Part shown: piece by piece, positions 27,575 to 32,000 of the stretch
Layout of the letters: each line of letters starts with the position of its first letter
Numbering within the stretch: position 1 is the stretch's first letter
Assembly (NCBI RefSeq): GCF_020885515.1
Contig: NZ_AP024987.1
Location: forward strand, 390,001 to 422,000
Direction of reading: 5' to 3'
Length of the DNA: 32,000 nt
Origin: a cyanobacterium endosymbiont of Braarudosphaera bigelowii
GTDB taxonomy: Bacteria > Cyanobacteriota > Cyanobacteriia > Cyanobacteriales > Microcystaceae
Notes under the pieces: model-generated
What the model was told of the DNA's origin: nothing
Databases searched by the model: none
The model's input: the letters and a program-made list of their open reading frames with translations, nothing else
Made by a program: the position numbers and the translations under genes

Positions 27575-28960
27575 TTATATCATAGTTGGAACTGTAAAAA
27601 TTTTAGAAGATGTTTGCTTTACAAAAATCTGAAGTGATTCTCCTTGCTGTGTCCTAGTGAATATCTTATTGATAATCTGCGAAAATTTTGTGACATCAAT
27701 TTTTGAGCAGTTTACAACCATATCACCTTGTTCTTGAAAATATTCAGTTAAACTTAGTCCAACAATATGAGTTAAATAAGCTACGCTAATACCTTGGCTA
27801 AGACTTCCTAAAATATAAGTAATCATATTACTTTTTAACAAACTAGAGATTGCATGAATCGATAGTTCAGCAATACCTAACTGTACTATTATTTTACCTA
27901 TGGTAATAGCGGCTACTTTTCCTTGAGAAAAAGTAAATTCTTGTTTATAAATATTACTTAAATCAATAATCATTTGGGTATTAATGGCTGCAGTTGCTAG
28001 AAAATCTAAAGAAGAAATAGGATTTACAGAAACTATAGTAGCGGCAACAAGCTCATATTTTGTAATTATTGGTATTGCTTTATTGTATCTAATTTGATTA
28101 GAAATAATTTTTGCTTGTTGCCTAATTTTTGTCGCTGTACGCCAATTTTTAGCTAAAAATAACTGTTGTTTATTCTGACCCTCAATAATTTTAATTCTAT
28201 GTACTAATGACATAATATTTGGTGGATCTTCTTCTATCCATTCTCGGGTTGAACCATCAAAATTATATTGACGATTTTTTATTTTTTCTGGAACAGAATT
28301 AATACGAGTAACATTATTCGGATGGATAATGGATTGAACCTGCTGCTGTATTTTCTCTAGAATCACCTGCCTATCTTCGTTATTATACTGATCCTGTTTA
28401 TTAAAAACTATTAGACAAGGATAATAACTTTGATGTAACAGCTTAATCTTTTCCCATTCAGAATGTGTTAGATCTTTATTAACTAAAAAAATTATGACAT
28501 CTACATCAAGATTAATACTGGTAAATATATCTTTCTCTAATATATCTGCATATTTTTCCTGATTTAATAATTTCTTCAAACTAGTTTTTCCTGTATTGTT
28601 TTTTCCAACTATTCCAATAGAAAAAGACGATAGGTGAGGATTATTTTCCAAAATTTGGAGCTGTATTTTTAAATTAGATATGTTCTGACTGGGATCTTCT
28701 TCCACAATACAATTTATAATTTCCTTTGCATCAGAAATAACTTGATTCAAATCGCTTAGAGTCAGTGAAGATGAAATAGAATACTTTTTTTGTTTCTGAT
28801 TCTTAATCTGCTCTTTCAAAAGAAAGATTCCAACAAGAACCATAATCGGTAAGATCCACTCACTCAAAGTTACGATGTTATGATATAGACTTTCCTCGAT
28901 CCACAACAAAAAAATTCCTAATCCCAGAAAAAATGTTGATTTTTTAATCTTGAAAGTCAT
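27575..28960 (-). CDS. Membrane protein with an N-terminal TM region, a degenerate GTPase-like domain and a C-terminal DUF697-like membrane domain
   Basis: 461 aa. Walker A/G1 GKNNTGKT (aa 119-126) and G4 NKQD (aa 187-190). The hydrophobic C-terminal segments (AATIVSVNPISSLDFLATAAINTQMIIDL...) resemble DUF697/YcjF. Confidence 0.65.
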   Translation of the reverse strand: MTFKIKKSTFFLGLGIFLLWIEESLYHNIVTLSEWILPIMVLVGIFLLKEQIKNQKQKKYSISSSLTLSDLNQVISDAKEIINCIVEEDPSQNISNLKIQLQILENNPHLSSFSIGIVGKNNTGKTSLKKLLNQEKYADILEKDIFTSINLDVDVIIFLVNKDLTHSEWEKIKLLHQSYYPCLIVFNKQDQYNNEDRQVILEKIQQQVQSIIHPNNVTRINSVPEKIKNRQYNFDGSTREWIEEDPPNIMSLVHRIKIIEGQNKQQLFLAKNWRTATKIRQQAKIISNQIRYNKAIPIITKYELVAATIVSVNPISSLDFLATAAINTQMIIDLSNIYKQEFTFSQGKVAAITIGKIIVQLGIAELSIHAISSLLKSNMITYILGSLSQGISVAYLTHIVGLSLTEYFQEQGDMVVNCSKIDVTKFSQIINKIFTRTQQGESLQIFVKQTSSKIFTVPTMI

Positions 28961-29147
28961 TTTTTATCTTTAAAAAATTAATTTGTTTCACACTCAATAT
29001 ACTATCCTTTGACTTAGTTTTCAAAAAATCAAGCTTTTAATTCATAATCGACAAAGAACCAAGTGCAATATAGATGCTTTCTACTTACTCAATACTATAC
29101 TTTTTATATTAGGTAATAGTGTTGTTTATATTGGTTTTTTATAATAG

Positions 29148-29657
29148 TTAAGATAATATTCTTCTTGTAAGACGAGACCAGAATCCAGAAATCTTTGTTT
29201 TTATTTCATTTGTCAAACTCCATTTTTGAAATTCTTTTTGATAACTCTCACTTTCTGATTGAAATGTTTTAAAAATATCTAAAGTTATAATAAGGCCCGA
29301 AATAGTTAATACGTATAATGACCATGATAAAGTGTGCACAGCTAAAAAATTTAAAATTACACAAAAAGAATTGATAATTAAAAATTTTATTATTTTGTGT
29401 TTCAATCGTTTTTGTAAATATTTATCAAATTCTTGTTTTTTTTCTTTATATTTTTTTGTTGACAGCCAATTCTGCTCAACAATTTCTAAAGATTTAATAC
29501 TTATACCTAGCTCTAGTGCAATCTCCAAAAACTCTTCTCTAGAAATTTCTTCAGATTTAGTTTTAGAAACAATAGCCAAATGTAAAATTTCCTGGACTTC
29601 TGTCTTATGATAATGTGTAGGCGGTAATATATTATTAGAGAGCATATTAAATAACAA
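29148..29657 (-). CDS. Hypothetical membrane protein, 2TM-domain-like
   Basis: 169 aa. A soluble N-terminal helical part (EVQEILHLAI...EFLEIALELGI) is followed by two adjacent TM helices (IIKFLIINSFCVILNFLAV / WSLYVLTISGLIITLDIF). The track start is TTG; ATG at 29645 is an alternative. Confidence 0.5.
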   Translation of the reverse strand: MLFNMLSNNILPPTHYHKTEVQEILHLAIVSKTKSEEISREEFLEIALELGISIKSLEIVEQNWLSTKKYKEKKQEFDKYLQKRLKHKIIKFLIINSFCVILNFLAVHTLSWSLYVLTISGLIITLDIFKTFQSESESYQKEFQKWSLTNEIKTKISGFWSRLTRRILS

Positions 29658-30224
29658 TATAGAGCAAATTATGAATAACAGCTATTAATGAGATGCAAAA
29701 TTTTTGATACTTGCAATTAATTTGATAGTCAATATTCTAATAGTATTTGTAATCTTCATAATAAATAAAAATAATGAAAATTAGATTGATACTCTATTAT
29801 ATTGGAAAAACAAATATATCTGAGTTCAGTAAAAATTGATAAAACTTTTTGCTTAGATCATCAATATATAATCTTTCTGTATGTAGAAGATATACTTTAA
29901 AAAGTCTATTATCAAATAACATACAATAATGTGTATATTTAGAAGCTTTTACAATTTACGTAACTCTAAAAAATATAATAAACAAAGTATCAAAAACTTT
30001 TACAAAAAACAAGTTGTTATTATTATTTCATATAGGATATATTAATAGTTAATAGTCATGTAATATTAATATATAGACATTTCAAATTTCATCCGTACAA
30101 TCATAAGATTTTTTAATAAAAGTAATTAAATGTCAAGATACTATGTATCGACCTAGTGTCAACTCTTTTTTAAAACTGATACAACTTACACTCATTTAAA
30201 AAATTAAAGGTTTATTCGTAGATT

Positions 30225-32000
30225 ATGGTTTTTTCTTCTCTCATTTACACTTTACAAAAATCTTCTCTTATTAAGGATCTATCGCAGCAACTTAAAGTAA
30301 AAAATGAGTTGAGACTAAAAGGAATTAATCGTTTGTCAAAAGGATTAATTTCATCAGTTATTTCACAAATAAATAATCAGAATTTAGTAGTCATATGTGC
30401 TACTTCAGAAGAAGCGAGGAGATGGACAAAACAGTTAGAAATTATGGGTTGGAAAACTGTCAATTTCTACTTTGTTCCAGAAACTTCTCCATATGAGGAA
30501 TTGAATATTGAGAATGAGATAATATGGACACAAATGCAAGTTCTTTCCAACCTTTTTAAAGCGAAAAAATCAGAAAACAAAAAGTTTGCTATTGTTACTA
30601 CTGAAAGATCCTTACAACCACATTTACCATCTCCATCAACTTTTTATGATTATTGTTTGAATTTTAAAGTAGGAATAAAAATGTGCTTCACTGATCTCAG
30701 TAAAACATTCAGTGAACTAGGATATGAAAAGGTTAATTTAGTTGAAAGAGAAGGAGAATGGAGCAGACGAGGAGACATTCTAGATATTTTTCCGGTTTCA
30801 TCAGAAATTCCTATACGTTTAGAATGGCTTGGAGATGAATTAGAAAAAATTCGAGAATTTGATATATCAACTCAACGTTCACTAGGTGAAGCAGAGCAAG
30901 TTTTATTAACTCCTATTAACTTTGATGCTATCACAAAAAATATTATTCAAGTAAATACCTGTAATTTAGATAATTGCATTTCAGAAAAAGAGCCAAAAAA
31001 TCTAAAAGACCATAATTTTTCTCTAAAAGTTCAACAACTTTTAGACACTACAGTTTTAAAACCTGCCTCCCTATTTGATTATTTATCTTCTGATACACTT
31101 TGCGTCTTTGATGAAATTGATCAATGCAAAGCTCATAATCACCGATGGTTAGAGTATGTTGAGAGAAGCTGGAATGAGAAACAAAGTAAGTTGCCGAAAG
31201 TTCATCGTTCTTTTGAAGAATCTTTTTTGTTAATCGAAGAAATACCCAAGCTGTATTTATCAGAACTATCTGAAGTTAATGACACAAATTCTTTTAATAT
31301 AGAATCTCGCCCTATTCCTGTTAATCCCCATCAATTTTCTAAAGTAGCTGAAATATTGAGGGGGAAGAGAGAAATTTATAGTGGAATAAATATAAATAAA
31401 TATTCAGTATGGTTAATCTCAGCACAACCTTCGCGTACTGTTACTTTATTACAGGAACACGATTATTTTGCTCAATTCATTCCTAATCTCAGAGATTATC
31501 CTGCAATTAAAAAATCTCATACTCAAGGTATGGCAGTTGCGTTGAAACATTCTGGACTAGTTAGCTTGGAAGGTTTTATTTTACCTATATTTCGAATTGC
31601 AGTAATTACTGACAAAGAATTTTTTGGACAAAGCATCTCGGGATCTTCAGAATTTTTTAAAAAACGTCGTCGCTCAACTTCTAAAAAAGTCAACCTGCAA
31701 AAACTTCATGAAGGTGATTATGTAGTTCACAAGAGTCATGGTATTGGTAAATTTTTAAGACTAGAAAACTTGTCAAATCGTGAATATTTAGTTGTTCAAT
31801 ACTCTGATGGAGTTTTGAGAGTACCCGCTGATTCTCTCGATAATTTACTACGGTATTCCTCTGTAGATTCTACAACTCCCAAATTACATAAAATGACAGG
31901 AAAAGATTGGAGTAAAATTAAACAAAAGATCCGTAAAAATGTTAAAAAATTAGCATTTAATCTACTTCATCTATATGCAGAAAGAGCCAAAAAAAAAGGA
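30225..32000 (+). CDS. mfd: Transcription-repair coupling factor Mfd, N-terminal 592 codons (runs off the window end, so it is absent from the ORF track)
   Basis: I read the frame from ATG 30225 to 32000 and saw no stop. It has a UvrB-homology-like N-terminus and the RNA-polymerase-interacting CarD/TRCF block GDYVVHKSHGIGKFLRLE...EYLVVQYSDGVLRVPADSL. Confidence 0.92.
   Translation, partial: MVFSSLIYTLQKSSLIKDLSQQLKVKNELRLKGINRLSKGLISSVISQINNQNLVVICATSEEARRWTKQLEIMGWKTVNFYFVPETSPYEELNIENEIIWTQMQVLSNLFKAKKSENKKFAIVTTERSLQPHLPSPSTFYDYCLNFKVGIKMCFTDLSKTFSELGYEKVNLVEREGEWSRRGDILDIFPVSSEIPIRLEWLGDELEKIREFDISTQRSLGEAEQVLLTPINFDAITKNIIQVNTCNLDNCISEKEPKNLKDHNFSLKVQQLLDTTVLKPASLFDYLSSDTLCVFDEIDQCKAHNHRWLEYVERSWNEKQSKLPKVHRSFEESFLLIEEIPKLYLSELSEVNDTNSFNIESRPIPVNPHQFSKVAEILRGKREIYSGININKYSVWLISAQPSRTVTLLQEHDYFAQFIPNLRDYPAIKKSHTQGMAVALKHSGLVSLEGFILPIFRIAVITDKEFFGQSISGSSEFFKKRRRSTSKKVNLQKLHEGDYVVHKSHGIGKFLRLENLSNREYLVVQYSDGVLRVPADSLDNLLRYSSVDSTTPKLHKMTGKDWSKIKQKIRKNVKKLAFNLLHLYAERAKKKG

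Noticed and set aside
1-32000. A window-wide search for mobile elements, a prophage, toxin-antitoxin or defence islands, a biosynthetic cluster, rRNA, or additional tRNAs.
   Set aside because: Every ORF over 60 aa has a housekeeping or conserved-cyanobacterial assignment. I saw no transposase, integrase or recombinase motifs, no terminal inverted repeats flanking genes, and no further tRNA T-arm/acceptor signatures apart from tRNA-Leu.

Overview
This looks like an ordinary core-genome segment of a very AT-rich cyanobacterium (roughly 30% G+C by eye, not computed). I can support 23 protein-coding loci: a partial Ski2/HelY-like helicase, uvrC, a murT-like gene, rnj, dapA, asd, efp, accB, a MalK-type ABC ATPase, rne, gatC, ycf3, a sugar-ABC permease, ileS, recO, a small DUF751/Ycf33-like membrane protein, a GHL10/DUF187-type glycosyl-hydrolase-like protein, a prohibitin/SPFH protein, an ECF/CbiO-type ABC ATPase, glyA, a GTPase-like/DUF697 membrane protein, a 2TM-type membrane protein and a partial mfd. 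There is also one tRNA-Leu(UAA) split by a 234-nt group I intron, and an SRP (4.5S) RNA that the ORF track cannot show. By my own coordinate tally about 5.7 kb (~18%) is ORF-free, concentrated in a few large AT-rich spacers. The gene content and AT bias suggest a genome-reduced beta-cyanobacterium that still has photosystem I (UCYN-A / Crocosphaera-clade symbiont type). The supporting points are ycf3, an rne with the C-terminal RRRRRRSSA box, asd-dapA-rnj and efp-accB synteny, and the tRNA-Leu intron. That assignment is inference only. I found no CRISPR array, transposase or integrase, phage genes, toxin-antitoxin pair, or recognisable defence or biosynthetic cluster, and I cannot honestly point to a discrete novel multi-gene system. 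The unusual items are: (1) recO and the GHL10-like gene are each broken by a frame change inside an A9/A10 homopolymer, and one extra A repairs both; further A10 tracts sit against two other start codons. (2) A loop-less, perfect 110-bp palindrome lies between accB and the ABC ATPase and supplies the last 14 codons and stop of that gene. (3) Several unusually long perfect hairpins follow other genes. (4) The GTPase-like protein has a degenerate G domain. (5) RNase J has an Arg-rich tail that echoes the RNase E C-terminal box.
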